Positions 9,216 through 18,302 of a stretch of 32,000 nt of DNA are shown here, piece after piece. Positions within the stretch are counted from its first letter, which is position 1. Every line of letters starts with the position of its first letter. A program made the position numbers and the translations under genes. The DNA is from Propionibacterium ruminifibrarum (GTDB lineage Bacteria > Actinomycetota > Actinomycetes > Propionibacteriales > Propionibacteriaceae). Under the pieces are notes generated by a model. It saw only the letters and a list, made by a program, of their open reading frames with translations, made no database searches and had not been told where the DNA came from. Where the stretch lies: assembly GCF_900289195.1 (NCBI RefSeq), contig NZ_OMOH01000001.1:30001-62000 (forward strand). The letters run 5' to 3'.

Positions 9216-9251
9216 GCCCGGGGCGCGGCACGAACGGAGCCGCCCCCGGGC
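9216..9251. terminator. Imperfect GC-rich hairpin between the convergent regulator and dehydrogenase genes
   Basis: gcccgggg(c)gcggc ... gccgc-ccccgggc gives an 8-bp plus 5-bp stem with one bulge and a 9-nt loop, starting directly after the stop at 9215. Confidence 0.35.
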
Positions 9252-9273
9252 CGGTGAGTTCGAGGAGTGCGCG

Positions 9274-10407
9274 TCACAGCGACATGTCGGCGACGCCGCG
9301 GCCCTGCACCTTGCCCTGCCGCAGCAGGTCATAGCCCTCGGCCACCTCGTCGAGCGCGAACCTCCGCGTGACGATGTCCTGGTAACGGATCGTGCCCTCC
9401 GCGGCGAGACGGACGACCTCGGGCAGGTCCTGCCGGGTCCGGGCCCCGTAGGAACCCAGGATCGACTGGGAGCGCCGCACCGTCCGGTTGATCTCGACCT
9501 CCGCGGTCTGCACGCCGGCGCCCAGCCCGATCGGCACCATCCGCCCGCCGTCCCTGAGGGCATCGAGGGCCGACGTCCAGGTCTGGGGACGTCCGAGTGC
9601 CTCGAAGGCGACGTCGACGCCGCGGCCCCCCGTGAGCCCGAAGACCGCTTCATGCACGTCCTGCTTCGTCGAGTTGACGACGTCCGTGGCGCCCAGCGCA
9701 CGGGTCGCCGCCAGCTTGTCGTCGTCGACATCGATCGCGATGATCTGCTTCGCGCCGAATGCCCGGCAGACCTGGATGATGTTGGAGCCCACGCCGCCGG
9801 TCGCCACGACGGCGACCGACTCGCCGTGGCGCAGATCGGCGCCTCGGCGTACCGCGCCATAGGCCGTCATTGCCGCGCAGCCCAGGATGGCCCCGGCGAC
9901 CGGGTCGACCGAATCGGGCAGGGGAGTGACCGATGTGGAGGGAATGACGCAGTACTGGGCCAGTCCGCCCATGGAGTACATCGCGATGGGCGACCCGTCC
10001 TGGTCGAACAGGCGGGTCTCGCCGTCGTAGAGCTTGCCCTGGAGACGGTTCAGGTCGAAGAAGGGGCCACACAGGTCGTCGCGGCCCTCCGCGCACGCGG
10101 GGCACTGGCCGCAGGGCATGAGGAAGGCGCCGGCGACCCGCTGGCCGACGGCGAGTCCGGTGTGCTCATTGCCGGGGCCGACCTCGACGATCTCACCCGC
10201 CACCTCGTGCCCCAGCACGCAGGGCAGGGGGAAGGCGATGGCCCCCGCGATGACATGGAGATCGGAGTGGCACAACCCGCAGGCGCTGGTCTTGACGAGG
10301 ACTTCGCCCGTACGGGGCCTTGGCGTGCGGATCTCCTCAATCTCCAGACCGCGTGAGACATCACGCAGGACAGCCGCGCGCATCGTTGCGGGAATTTGTA
10401 CTGACAT
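9274..10407 (-). CDS. Zinc-dependent alcohol/polyol dehydrogenase (MDR superfamily)
   Basis: CGLCHSDLH and GHEVAGEIVEVG catalytic-zinc motifs, a C-x2-C-x2-C-x7-C structural zinc site (CGQCPACAEGRDDLC), and a GGVGS Rossmann loop. The start was set at ATG 10407 (MSVQIPATMRAAVL) behind a GGAGGA RBS. Confidence 0.85.
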   Translation of the reverse strand: MSVQIPATMRAAVLRDVSRGLEIEEIRTPRPRTGEVLVKTSACGLCHSDLHVIAGAIAFPLPCVLGHEVAGEIVEVGPGNEHTGLAVGQRVAGAFLMPCGQCPACAEGRDDLCGPFFDLNRLQGKLYDGETRLFDQDGSPIAMYSMGGLAQYCVIPSTSVTPLPDSVDPVAGAILGCAAMTAYGAVRRGADLRHGESVAVVATGGVGSNIIQVCRAFGAKQIIAIDVDDDKLAATRALGATDVVNSTKQDVHEAVFGLTGGRGVDVAFEALGRPQTWTSALDALRDGGRMVPIGLGAGVQTAEVEINRTVRRSQSILGSYGARTRQDLPEVVRLAAEGTIRYQDIVTRRFALDEVAEGYDLLRQGKVQGRGVADMSL

Positions 10408-10493
10408 TTCATCCTCCGGTGGATCAAAGTCGCCATGAACAACCCATGCTGGTGTCATGAGTTCGCTTCTGACAGTAGCTGACGGCGTTCAGC

Positions 10494-10520
10494 TTGTAAA
10501 GAACAATTGTAAGAACAAAT
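10494..10520. promoter_or_regulatory. Tandem operator-like sites TTGTAAAGAACAA and AATTGTAAGAACAAAT upstream of the Zn-dehydrogenase
   Basis: The 16-mer at 10505-10520 matches the 3399 palindrome at 12 of 16 positions (TTGT-N4-ACAA core). The adjacent copy at 10494-10506 has an N5 spacer. The sites lie about 98 nt upstream of ATG 10407. Confidence 0.4.
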
Positions 10521-10539
10521 TATTTCACCGCGGAATCGG

Positions 10540-11544
10540 TCATGCTGTTCCGGGGTTGCTCGAACCGCGCGGCACCAGCGACGGGGCGAACACCTGCTCG
10601 GCCTGCTCGGCTCGTCCGGCGATGCGCTCGCTGAGCAGCACCATCGCGGCCTCGGCCAGCTCAGTGGTCCGCGGGTCGATGCTGGTGAGCGAGACGGCGG
10701 GGTGGGAGGCGATCCGGGAGTCGTCGAACCCGGTGACGCCGCAGTCGCCCCCGACCCGCAGCCCCCGATCGACGAGGACGCCCATGGCAGCGAGGGCGAT
10801 GTCGTCATTGTGGCAGCAGAAACCGGTTCCGGCGCCGAAGGTGTCGAGAACGCCTGCAACGGCGTTCTCGGCGCTGGTCGAGAGCAGGTCGATGACCAGC
10901 GGTTCACGACCCTGGTGCCGCATCTCCTGGCAGAATCCGAGCCGGCGGGCCGCCGCCGAGTCGCCCGGGACGGCACGGTCGAAGCCGAGGTAGACGACGG
11001 GGTCGTAGCCCTGCGACAGGAGATGGCCGGTGGCCATGCGGGCACCTGCCTCGTCGTCGCAGTGGACGAGATCGACCTGCTCGGGGCCTTCGTTGTGCGT
11101 GAGCAGGGTCGTGGGTACCTGGGCGCCGATCCGGTGCAGATCGTCGGTGTCCAGCGGCGGGGAGACCAGTGCCAGGCCCTCGATCCCCATGTGGATGAAA
11201 CGTTCGGCGGACATGAGGCAGGTGTCGCGGTCGTGGCCCGACACCGCGATCAGTGGCACCAGGTTCAGCATCTCGCAGCGGTTGCGCAACTCGCCGCACA
11301 GGTCCGCGTAGAAGGGGTTCGTGATGTCGGTGAGGACGATGCCGATGAACCGGGAATTGTGCGCGGCCAGGGCCCGGGCGGCGATGTTCGGCTGGTAGTC
11401 GAGTTCACGCATCGCGGCGAGCACTCGTTCACGGGTGGCCGGTGAGACCCTCGGGTCGTCGAGCGCCACCAGTGAGACGGTCTGCCGGGACGTACCCGCC
11501 AGACGCGCGACATCAACCTGCGTCGGCCTGTGCGGCTTGACCAT
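10540..11544 (-). CDS. LacI-family transcriptional regulator (intact)
   Basis: 334 aa. It has the HTH TQVDVARLAGTSRQTVSLVAL...VSPATRERVLAAMRELDYQPNIAARAL and a periplasmic-binding-fold body including GFDDS. Confidence 0.9.
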   Translation of the reverse strand: MVKPHRPTQVDVARLAGTSRQTVSLVALDDPRVSPATRERVLAAMRELDYQPNIAARALAAHNSRFIGIVLTDITNPFYADLCGELRNRCEMLNLVPLIAVSGHDRDTCLMSAERFIHMGIEGLALVSPPLDTDDLHRIGAQVPTTLLTHNEGPEQVDLVHCDDEAGARMATGHLLSQGYDPVVYLGFDRAVPGDSAAARRLGFCQEMRHQGREPLVIDLLSTSAENAVAGVLDTFGAGTGFCCHNDDIALAAMGVLVDRGLRVGGDCGVTGFDDSRIASHPAVSLTSIDPRTTELAEAAMVLLSERIAGRAEQAEQVFAPSLVPRGSSNPGTA

Positions 11545-11619
11545 GACCCACCCTTTCGCCGTCGCCGGACGGAGAAGACAGCGTACCGAGGCGAGGGGAG
11601 CCCGTCGATGGCGCCCGGG

Positions 11620-11643
11620 CCGGGAGCCCCGCGGGGCTCCCGG
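11620..11643 (-). terminator. Perfect 24-bp palindrome / hairpin downstream of iolG
   Basis: CCGGGAGCCCCGCGGGGCTCCCGG is self-complementary. It lies 23 nt after the iolG stop at 11666 and upstream of the LacI gene. Confidence 0.5.
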
Positions 11644-11665
11644 CCACTGATGCGGCGCCGGACGA

Positions 11666-12676
11666 TCAGGCGTAGAACGCCGGCTTCTCCATGAGGGTCA
11701 CCTCGACCATCGGCGAGGTCTCGTCCTCGAGCGAGGAGACCGCGGCGTCGACGACGGAGGTGGCGGCGTAGCCGTCCCACGAGGTCGAACCGGTGTGCTC
11801 GTCGCGGGCCACGGCGTTGATCCACTCCTGGAACTCGCGGTTGAAGGCCCCCTGGAAACGATCGATGTGCGACTGGCACATCGCGTTGCGGTTGCCCTGG
11901 GAGTCGCGGATGTGGATCTTCTCCTGGTCACCGAGACGCACCGCGGCGGTCTCGAGCACGAGCTCGCACTCGATCGAGTAGGCCCACTGGAGATTGACGT
12001 TGACCTCGTCGTCGATACGAACGCCGGACTCGGTGTACATGACCACGACGACCGGGTCGATGAGGTGGTCGAAGCGGTGCGTCGTCGACTTCGGACGCTC
12101 GACGCGGACCCTGACGATCTCCTCGCCGAGCAGCCAGCGCATCGTGTCGATCTCGTGGATGGCGGTGTCGTCGATGGCCATGCGCGAGGTGTACGACTCC
12201 GGGACGGAGGGATTGCGGTGGCGGTTGTGCACCAGGAGGGCCTGGCCGTTCTCGCCCGCCTCCAGGACGGCCTTCATCTCGTTGTACGCGGCGTCGAAGC
12301 GGCGCATGAAGCCGACGGTGACGAGCTTCTTGCCGGCCTTCTGCTCCGCCTCCATGATCGCGATGCAGTCCTCGGCCGTCGTGGCCAGGGGCTTCTCACA
12401 CAGCACGTACTTGCCGGCCTCGATGCACTTGATGACGTCGGGCGCGTGGACCTTGCCGAAGGTCGCGATGATGACGGCGTCGACCTCGGGGTCGTTGATG
12501 AGCTCATCGGAGGTGTCGTAGGCCTTGGCCCCGTAGGGCTCGGCGGCAGAGACCGCGGCGTCGTGGTTGATGTCGGCGACGGCGACGATCTGGCCGCCGG
12601 ACAGCTCGTTGGTGATGCGGGCGAGATGGGCCCGGCCCATGCCGCCGGCGCCGATGAGTCCGATGCGAACAGTCAT
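11666..12676 (-). CDS. iolG: myo-inositol 2-dehydrogenase (Gfo/Idh/MocA family)
   Basis: Collinear similarity to B. subtilis IolG as recalled from memory: MTVRIGLIGAGGMGRAHLARITNELSGGQIVAV, YVLCEKPLATTAEDC, VGFMRRFD, HEID, WDGY, and a KPAFY end. The start is ATG 12676 behind a GAGGAG RBS. Confidence 0.92.
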   Translation of the reverse strand: MTVRIGLIGAGGMGRAHLARITNELSGGQIVAVADINHDAAVSAAEPYGAKAYDTSDELINDPEVDAVIIATFGKVHAPDVIKCIEAGKYVLCEKPLATTAEDCIAIMEAEQKAGKKLVTVGFMRRFDAAYNEMKAVLEAGENGQALLVHNRHRNPSVPESYTSRMAIDDTAIHEIDTMRWLLGEEIVRVRVERPKSTTHRFDHLIDPVVVVMYTESGVRIDDEVNVNLQWAYSIECELVLETAAVRLGDQEKIHIRDSQGNRNAMCQSHIDRFQGAFNREFQEWINAVARDEHTGSTSWDGYAATSVVDAAVSSLEDETSPMVEVTLMEKPAFYA

Positions 12677-12711
12677 GATGGGTTCTCCTCTTCGAGTGAT
12701 GTGACGGTGAG

Positions 12712-13644
12712 TCAGGCCAGACCCAGGCCGCACTCGGCCAGGTAGGTGCGCATGTTGATGGCGTTGGGCTTCGGGAAGGACGGATCGCAGGGGTAGCAGT
12801 CCTGTTCGCAGATGCAGTAGATCGGCTTGTCGAGCTCGGCGAGCGCGTCGACGAAGGCATGCATCTCGGGCAGGCCGGCGGGCGGGCAGACCGACGCGCC
12901 CTTGGTGACGGCCTCACCGAAGGGCCAGTCCTTCTCGTGGGCCTCCTTCGTGATCGCCTCGTCGAAGGCCTTGATGTGCACATAGGTGATGCGCTCGGGG
13001 TACTTGCGGCACAGCTCGACCGGGTCGCCACCGCCGTAGACGACGTGGCCGGAATCGAGGCACAGGTTGACGTACTTCGGGTCCGTCGCGTCGAAGATGC
13101 GGGCGATCTCCTCGGGGGTCTCGATGTGGGAGTCGCCGTGGGGGTGGAGCACCATCTTGAGGCCGTACTCGTCCAGCAGCATCTGACCGAGCGCGTTGGC
13201 GTGCTCGACGTAGAGCTTCCAGGCATCGTCGCTCAGGACGCGGTCATCGGTCCACTCCCAGGTCTTGTCGTCGCGGTAGAGCGGGGGCAGGTGCACCATG
13301 TACTCGGCGCCGACGGCCGCGTGGGTCTCGGCGATCTCGCGGAAGTGCCGCAGCGTCTCGGGCCAGGCCTCCTCCTTGTGCAGGATGCCCCAGCCGGTGC
13401 CGGCGACGACGCGCATGCCGTACTCGTCGCACCACTTCTGGAGCTCCTTGGGATCGGTGGGGAAGTATCCCCAGGGGCCGGTCTCGATGACCTCGAAGCC
13501 GGCCTCGGCCATCTCCTGCCAGGCCTGGCGGGGATCCATCTGCTTCGGGTCGTCGGCGAACCACACACCCCACTGGTCAGGGCACACGCCGATGGTGAGC
13601 TTCGAGTACTTCGGGTCGTTGGTGTTGCGTGCTCGTGAGGCCAT
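12712..13644 (-). CDS. iolE: Xylose-isomerase-like TIM-barrel protein, IolE-like inosose dehydratase
   Basis: Its layout parallels IolE: IGVCPDQWGVWFADDP (compare GIAPIGWxNDDxP), MVLHPHGDSHIETPEEIARIFDATDPKYVNLCLDSGH, YVHIKA, CICEQD. It is the only candidate in the window for the otherwise missing dehydratase step. A GAGGAGG RBS is present. Confidence 0.65.
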   Translation of the reverse strand: MASRARNTNDPKYSKLTIGVCPDQWGVWFADDPKQMDPRQAWQEMAEAGFEVIETGPWGYFPTDPKELQKWCDEYGMRVVAGTGWGILHKEEAWPETLRHFREIAETHAAVGAEYMVHLPPLYRDDKTWEWTDDRVLSDDAWKLYVEHANALGQMLLDEYGLKMVLHPHGDSHIETPEEIARIFDATDPKYVNLCLDSGHVVYGGGDPVELCRKYPERITYVHIKAFDEAITKEAHEKDWPFGEAVTKGASVCPPAGLPEMHAFVDALAELDKPIYCICEQDCYPCDPSFPKPNAINMRTYLAECGLGLA

Positions 13645-13685
13645 TGTCGTCTCTTCCTCCTCATTGAGGGTCTTTGTCGAATGCT

Positions 13686-13705
13686 CTATTGGAGCGCGCT
13701 AATAG
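13686..13705. promoter_or_regulatory. Near-palindrome CTATTGGAGCGCGCTAATAG upstream of the iolE-like/iolG operon
   Basis: CTATT..AATAG arms surround the perfect palindrome AGCGCGCT, 42-61 nt upstream of ATG 13644. On the minus strand it falls between a TTGATA (-35-like) hexamer and an ATAGAG region. Confidence 0.3.
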
Positions 13706-13811
13706 CGTATCAATCCGAAGCCGAAATGGGTACCCCCAGTTCCCCCGGGTTCTGGTGGCCGATGACACACCGACCCGGCTGCCCCGGCATGCGTGGTGCG
13801 GTCCTCGCCGC

Positions 13812-14777
13812 CTATGGGCTGGTCTGCCCGGGGTGGGGCCGTTGTTCGGCATGCCCGAGGCCTGGCCCGGTCCGGACTCGGGCCGGCAGCCGGCCGCACC
13901 ACGTGCACAACTGGTCGAGGAACTGCGCCAGCGCCGGTTCGGACTGGACGGCCCTGGTGCGGTGCCGCACGAGCAGCCGGCGCACCCCCAGCCCGGGCAG
14001 CGCCGTGACACGTACCTCCGGCCGGTTCACGTCGGTCAGGGCCAGCTGCGGCAGCACGGTGGCGCCGAGCCCCTCGGCGACCATGGCCACGCCCGTCGAG
14101 TACGAGTAGTGCATGTGCGGGCTGCGGATCGGGCGGGCCATCGACGCCGTGATGCGTTCCATGGCGTGGTTGCCGGCCGAGCCGGGGGGCTGGCGCAGCC
14201 ACGTGAGCCCGTCCAGGTCGCGGCGCGAGGCGATCGGGCCGTTGCCGACATGGGTGATGAGCACCCACGGCTCGTCGTAGACGGGGGCGTCCGTGTAGCC
14301 CTGCGGCGCCGTCTCGGGGTTGGTGTCGCGTTCCAGGCACAGGACGTCCAGGCGGCCCGAACGCAGCAGCGTCATGCCCTCGGGCTCCTCGATCTCGGCG
14401 ATCCGGACATCGATGCCTGGCGTCGTCGCGGTCAGGTCCCGGCGGTAGGGCAACAGGATCGCATTGATGAACGTGGGGAAGGCCCCCACGCGGATCGTCC
14501 CGGTGACGCCGTCGGCATAGCTGCGCAGGGTGCTCGACAACTCGACCAGCTCGTTCTCGATGCGTTCGGCGCCGGCGGCCAGGGCGCGCCCCGCGGGCGT
14601 GAGCACCGCACCGGAAACGGTGCGTTCGATGACGGCGACGCCCACCTCGCGTTCGAGCCGGGCGAGCTGCTGGGACACCGCCGAGGCCGAGATGGACAGC
14701 CTCCCGGCGGCCCCGGTGACACCGCCCTCACGGTGCACGGCGAGGAGCACCTCCAGACGTCGGGGATCGATCTTCAC
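13812..14777 (-). CDS. LysR-family transcriptional regulator
   Basis: The N-terminal HTH is LEVLLAVHREGGVTGAAGRLSISASAVSQQLARLEREVGVAVIER, followed by a LysR substrate-binding-type body. GTG start at 14777. Confidence 0.9.
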   Translation of the reverse strand: MKIDPRRLEVLLAVHREGGVTGAAGRLSISASAVSQQLARLEREVGVAVIERTVSGAVLTPAGRALAAGAERIENELVELSSTLRSYADGVTGTIRVGAFPTFINAILLPYRRDLTATTPGIDVRIAEIEEPEGMTLLRSGRLDVLCLERDTNPETAPQGYTDAPVYDEPWVLITHVGNGPIASRRDLDGLTWLRQPPGSAGNHAMERITASMARPIRSPHMHYSYSTGVAMVAEGLGATVLPQLALTDVNRPEVRVTALPGLGVRRLLVRHRTRAVQSEPALAQFLDQLCTWCGRLPARVRTGPGLGHAEQRPHPGQTSP

Positions 14778-14780
14778 GGC

Positions 14781-15440
14781 TCACATGCCCCGCGAGACCG
14801 CCTCGTTGACGAGGGCGAGCGGTCCCGCCTCCCCGATCAGCTCCACATCGGCCTCACGTCCGTACAGCCACATGGCCAGCTCGGTCGGGTTCCCCCGGAC
14901 GAGCACCGCGGGGCTGCCCTTGGCCAGGACGCGTTCCTCGGCGGCCCCGTCGTTGCGGGCGAGTCGGAGACCGACCTGGCTCCGGCGGCCGATCAGCCTG
15001 CCGACACCGCCGATGGCGCCCCAGACCTGGTCCGACAGCGCGAACCGCTCCTCGGCGAGCAGCTCGGGACGTTCCACGGAGCCAGTCGGCTGTGCGCGGA
15101 AGAGGTCCTCGTAGTGAACGAGATACTCCAGCCCGTTGACCCGCCTGTCGACGGCCCTCATGCGCATGATCGTCGGCCCGAAGGGTCCACGGCGCAGGGC
15201 GGAGACGATCTGGTCGAAGTTCTGCCGCGCCAGCAGCGTGTGGGTGCGGGCGACGGTGATGGGCTCGAGGGCCGGGATCAGCATGCCGGGCAGGGAGAGC
15301 ACATCGTTCTCGCGCAGGAACAGGTGCGCCGCCAGGTCCTTCGCGTCCCAGCCAGTGCAGAGCGTGGGTGCCTGCGGGCCGACCTGGTCGAACAGATCGC
15401 AGATGGCCGAGCGATAGAAACCGGCAAGGATGAGGCTCAT
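14781..15440 (-). CDS. DinB-like / mycothiol-maleylpyruvate-isomerase N-terminal domain protein (TIGR03085-like)
   Basis: [44 protein letters not shown] matches the actinobacterial TIGR03083/03085-type N-terminus as recalled from memory. The start was moved to ATG 15440. The stop lies 3 nt before the LysR start. Confidence 0.6.
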   Translation of the reverse strand: MSLILAGFYRSAICDLFDQVGPQAPTLCTGWDAKDLAAHLFLRENDVLSLPGMLIPALEPITVARTHTLLARQNFDQIVSALRRGPFGPTIMRMRAVDRRVNGLEYLVHYEDLFRAQPTGSVERPELLAEERFALSDQVWGAIGGVGRLIGRRSQVGLRLARNDGAAEERVLAKGSPAVLVRGNPTELAMWLYGREADVELIGEAGPLALVNEAVSRGM

Positions 15441-15480
15441 GGCTGCGAGTTTATTGGCAGACCGGCATTCGGCGGTTGCG

Positions 15481-15508
15481 ATTCTCCCTGTGGACATGCG
15501 GGGAGAAT
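15481..15508 (+). promoter_or_regulatory. 5'-UTR hairpin whose 3' arm is the hisI Shine-Dalgarno sequence
   Basis: ATTCTCCC (15481-88) pairs with GGGAGAAT (15501-08) across a 12-nt loop. GGGGAGAA sits 7 nt before ATG 15515. Confidence 0.3.
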
Positions 15509-15514
15509 GGTGCC

Positions 15515-15916
15515 ATGCACTCTGATGCCCTCGATTCACCCGATGCCCCGGAACTGCCGGCAGAGATCGCCTCGCGCCTGCGTTTCAACGAGGCCGGACT
15601 CGTCCCCGCCATCGCGCAGGACGCCACGAGCGGACGGGTGCTCATGATGGCCTGGATGAACGCCACCTCACTCGCGATGACCCTCGCCACCCGACGTGCG
15701 ACCTACTGGTCGCGCTCGCGGTCCGAACTGTGGGTCAAGGGCGCCACGAGCGGCCACACGCAGCACGTACGACGGGCCTGGCTCGACTGCGACGGCGACA
15801 CGCTCCTGCTGAGCGTCGACCAGGTCGGCGGCGCCTGCCACACCGGAGCGCAGTCCTGCTTCGATGCCGGCGGACCGCTGCCGATGGGTGATGAGTCCGA
15901 GGGGAGCCGGGCATGA
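15515..15916 (+). CDS. hisI: Phosphoribosyl-AMP cyclohydrolase
   Basis: [55 protein letters not shown]...DCDGDTLLL...GGACHTG is the HisI signature. Its stop overlaps the trpE ATG (ATGA). Confidence 0.9.
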   Translation: MHSDALDSPDAPELPAEIASRLRFNEAGLVPAIAQDATSGRVLMMAWMNATSLAMTLATRRATYWSRSRSELWVKGATSGHTQHVRRAWLDCDGDTLLLSVDQVGGACHTGAQSCFDAGGPLPMGDESEGSRA

Positions 15917-17472
15917 CACGCGAACTCGAGGTCACCCCGGGCCTGGACGAATTCGTCGCCCAGGCCGTTGAGCGCCGCGTCATCGGCGTCCACGCCCGCC
16001 TGCGCGCCGACGACCTGACCCCGGTCGCGCTCTACCAGCAGCTCACCGGGGGGCGCCAGGGCAGTTTCCTGTTCGAGTCGGTCGAGCGGGGCGTGTGGTC
16101 CCGCTGGTCGTTCGTCGGCGTGGACTGCCCCTCGACCCTCATCGGCGCGGCGGGTCGGAGTCACTGGCTCGGCCGCCCGGTCGCCGGCCTTCCGACCCGT
16201 GGTGCCCCGCTGACGGTCCTGGGGGAGACGCTGAAGGCGCTGCACACGCCATCCGATCCCGGGCTGCCGCCATTCAGCTCCGGCATGGTCGGCTACCTGG
16301 GTTACGACATGAAGCGTGAGCAGGAACCCACCCTGGGGCCGCCGCTGCCCGACGACCTGGGCGTGCCGGACATGGTCATGATGCTGGCGTCGGACATGGC
16401 GGTCCTCGACCACGACCAGGGCGAGGTCTGGCTCATCGCCAACGCCATCAACTTCGACGGCAGCCCCGAACGCGCCGAACAGGCCTGGGCCGACGCGGCC
16501 CGCCGGGTGCGCGCCATGGCGGCCAGATTGTGCGAACCCCGTCCGGCGATGCTGGCCAGACAGGTGGCGGCGGCTCCGCCGCGGGTCCGAGACCAGCGGG
16601 CCCGCGGGGAGTTCCAGGGACTCGTCGAGGCCGCAAAGGAGCACGTGCGAGCCGGCGACATCTTCCAGGTGGTGCCCTCCCAGCGTTTCGACGTGCCCTG
16701 CACCGCCTCGGCCCTCGACGTCTACCGTGAACTGCGGGTCACCAACCCCAGCCCGTACCTGTTCCTGCTGCGCCTGCCCGGATTCGACCTGGTCGGGTCG
16801 AGCCCCGAGGCCCTCGTCACCGTCAAGGACGGCGTGGCGACGACCCATCCGATCGCCGGCACCCGGCCCAGGGGGAGGGACGAGGCCGAGGACCGCCGGC
16901 TCGCCGACGAGCTGCTGGCCGACGAGAAGGAGCGCGCCGAGCACCTCATGCTCGTCGACCTGGGCCGCAACGACCTGGGGCGGGTCTGCGTTCCCGGCAC
17001 CGTCGCCGTCACCCGGTTCATGCACGTCGGCCGCTACTCGCACGTCATGCACCTGGAGGCCTCCGTCACCGGAACCGTCCGGCCCGGCGTCTCGGGCCTG
17101 GACGTGACGATGGCGTGCTTCCCCGCCGGCACCCTGTCGGGCGCCCCGAAACTGCGCGCCATGCAGATCATCGACGAACTCGAGACGACCCGCCGGGGCC
17201 CGTACGGCGGGGTGGTCGGCTACTTCGACTTCGCCGGCAATGCCGACGCGGCCATCACGATCCGCTCCGCAGTCCTCAAGGACGGTGTCGCCCACGTGCA
17301 GGCCGGCGCCGGGATCGTGGCGGATTCGGTGCCGGACGCCGAGGACGCGGAGACCCGCAACAAGGCCGCCGCGATGATCGCCGCCCTGGGCAGGGCCCAG
17401 GCCAGCGTCCCGCTGGTCCCGGTACCCGAGGACGGCCCGGGCGGCAACGACGAGGGGAGGACACGAGCATGA
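15913..17472 (+). CDS. trpE: Anthranilate synthase component I
   Basis: 519 aa with LFESVE, the chorismate-binding region [34 protein letters not shown], and [10 protein letters not shown] motifs. Confidence 0.95.
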   Translation: MTRELEVTPGLDEFVAQAVERRVIGVHARLRADDLTPVALYQQLTGGRQGSFLFESVERGVWSRWSFVGVDCPSTLIGAAGRSHWLGRPVAGLPTRGAPLTVLGETLKALHTPSDPGLPPFSSGMVGYLGYDMKREQEPTLGPPLPDDLGVPDMVMMLASDMAVLDHDQGEVWLIANAINFDGSPERAEQAWADAARRVRAMAARLCEPRPAMLARQVAAAPPRVRDQRARGEFQGLVEAAKEHVRAGDIFQVVPSQRFDVPCTASALDVYRELRVTNPSPYLFLLRLPGFDLVGSSPEALVTVKDGVATTHPIAGTRPRGRDEAEDRRLADELLADEKERAEHLMLVDLGRNDLGRVCVPGTVAVTRFMHVGRYSHVMHLEASVTGTVRPGVSGLDVTMACFPAGTLSGAPKLRAMQIIDELETTRRGPYGGVVGYFDFAGNADAAITIRSAVLKDGVAHVQAGAGIVADSVPDAEDAETRNKAAAMIAALGRAQASVPLVPVPEDGPGGNDEGRTRA

Positions 17473-18302
17473 GCGGCACCGTCCTGGACGAGATCATCGT
17501 CGGCGTCCGCGCCGACATGGCGGCCCGCATGATCCGCACGACCCCCAGCCAGCTGGAGGCGGCCATCGAGCAGAGGGGACCGACGATCGATCCGCGTCCC
17601 CACCTGCGCAGTGCCGAGTCCGTTCGGGTCATCGCAGAGGTCAAGCGCTCCAGCCCCTCCAAGGGCGCCCTGGCCGAGATCCCCGATCCGGCGGCCCAGG
17701 CCCGCGCCTACGAGCGGGGCGGGGCCGGTGCCATTTCGGTGCTCACCGAGCAGCGCCGCTTCGGCGGCCGGCTCGCCGACCTGGTCGCCGTGCGCACCGG
17801 TGTTGAGGTCCCGGTGCTGCGCAAGGACTTCGTTGTCGACCCCTATCAGGTGCTCGAGGCCCGTGCCGCAGGGGCCGACCTGATCCTGCTCATCGTCGCC
17901 GCCCTCGACGACGCGACGCTGCGGGAGCTGTACGACCTGGCCACCGGCCTCGGCCTGCTGCCGCTCGTCGAGGTGCACACCCCCGACGAGGCCCGCAGGG
18001 CCGTCGATCTCGGCGCCGAGTTGATCGGCGTCAACAACCGCAACCTGAGGACCCTCGATGTCGACCTCGCCCAGTTCGAGCGGCTCGTCGGCCTCATTCC
18101 GGACGAGGCGATCAGGGTCTGCGAGTCGGGCATCGGTACCGTGGCAGATGTCGTGCGCGTGCACGATGCCGGAGCCGATACGGTACTCGTCGGGGAGATG
18201 CTCGTGCGCAGCGGCGACCCCGCTGCCGCAGTACGCGCCATGATGGAGGCCACCGGGCGGCGACCGACCGGTGCGAGAGACGGAGATGGGGAGTCGCGAT
18301 GA
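17469..18302 (+). CDS. trpC: Indole-3-glycerol-phosphate synthase
   Basis: [31 protein letters not shown], and [10 protein letters not shown] motifs. ATG 17469 overlaps the trpE TGA (ATGA). Confidence 0.93.
   Translation: MSGTVLDEIIVGVRADMAARMIRTTPSQLEAAIEQRGPTIDPRPHLRSAESVRVIAEVKRSSPSKGALAEIPDPAAQARAYERGGAGAISVLTEQRRFGGRLADLVAVRTGVEVPVLRKDFVVDPYQVLEARAAGADLILLIVAALDDATLRELYDLATGLGLLPLVEVHTPDEARRAVDLGAELIGVNNRNLRTLDVDLAQFERLVGLIPDEAIRVCESGIGTVADVVRVHDAGADTVLVGEMLVRSGDPAAAVRAMMEATGRRPTGARDGDGESR

Noticed and set aside
15441-15916. Tryptophan attenuator / leader peptide upstream of trpE
   Set aside because: trpE starts inside the hisI stop codon (ATGA), leaving no leader space. No Trp-codon-rich mini-ORF was seen upstream of hisI.
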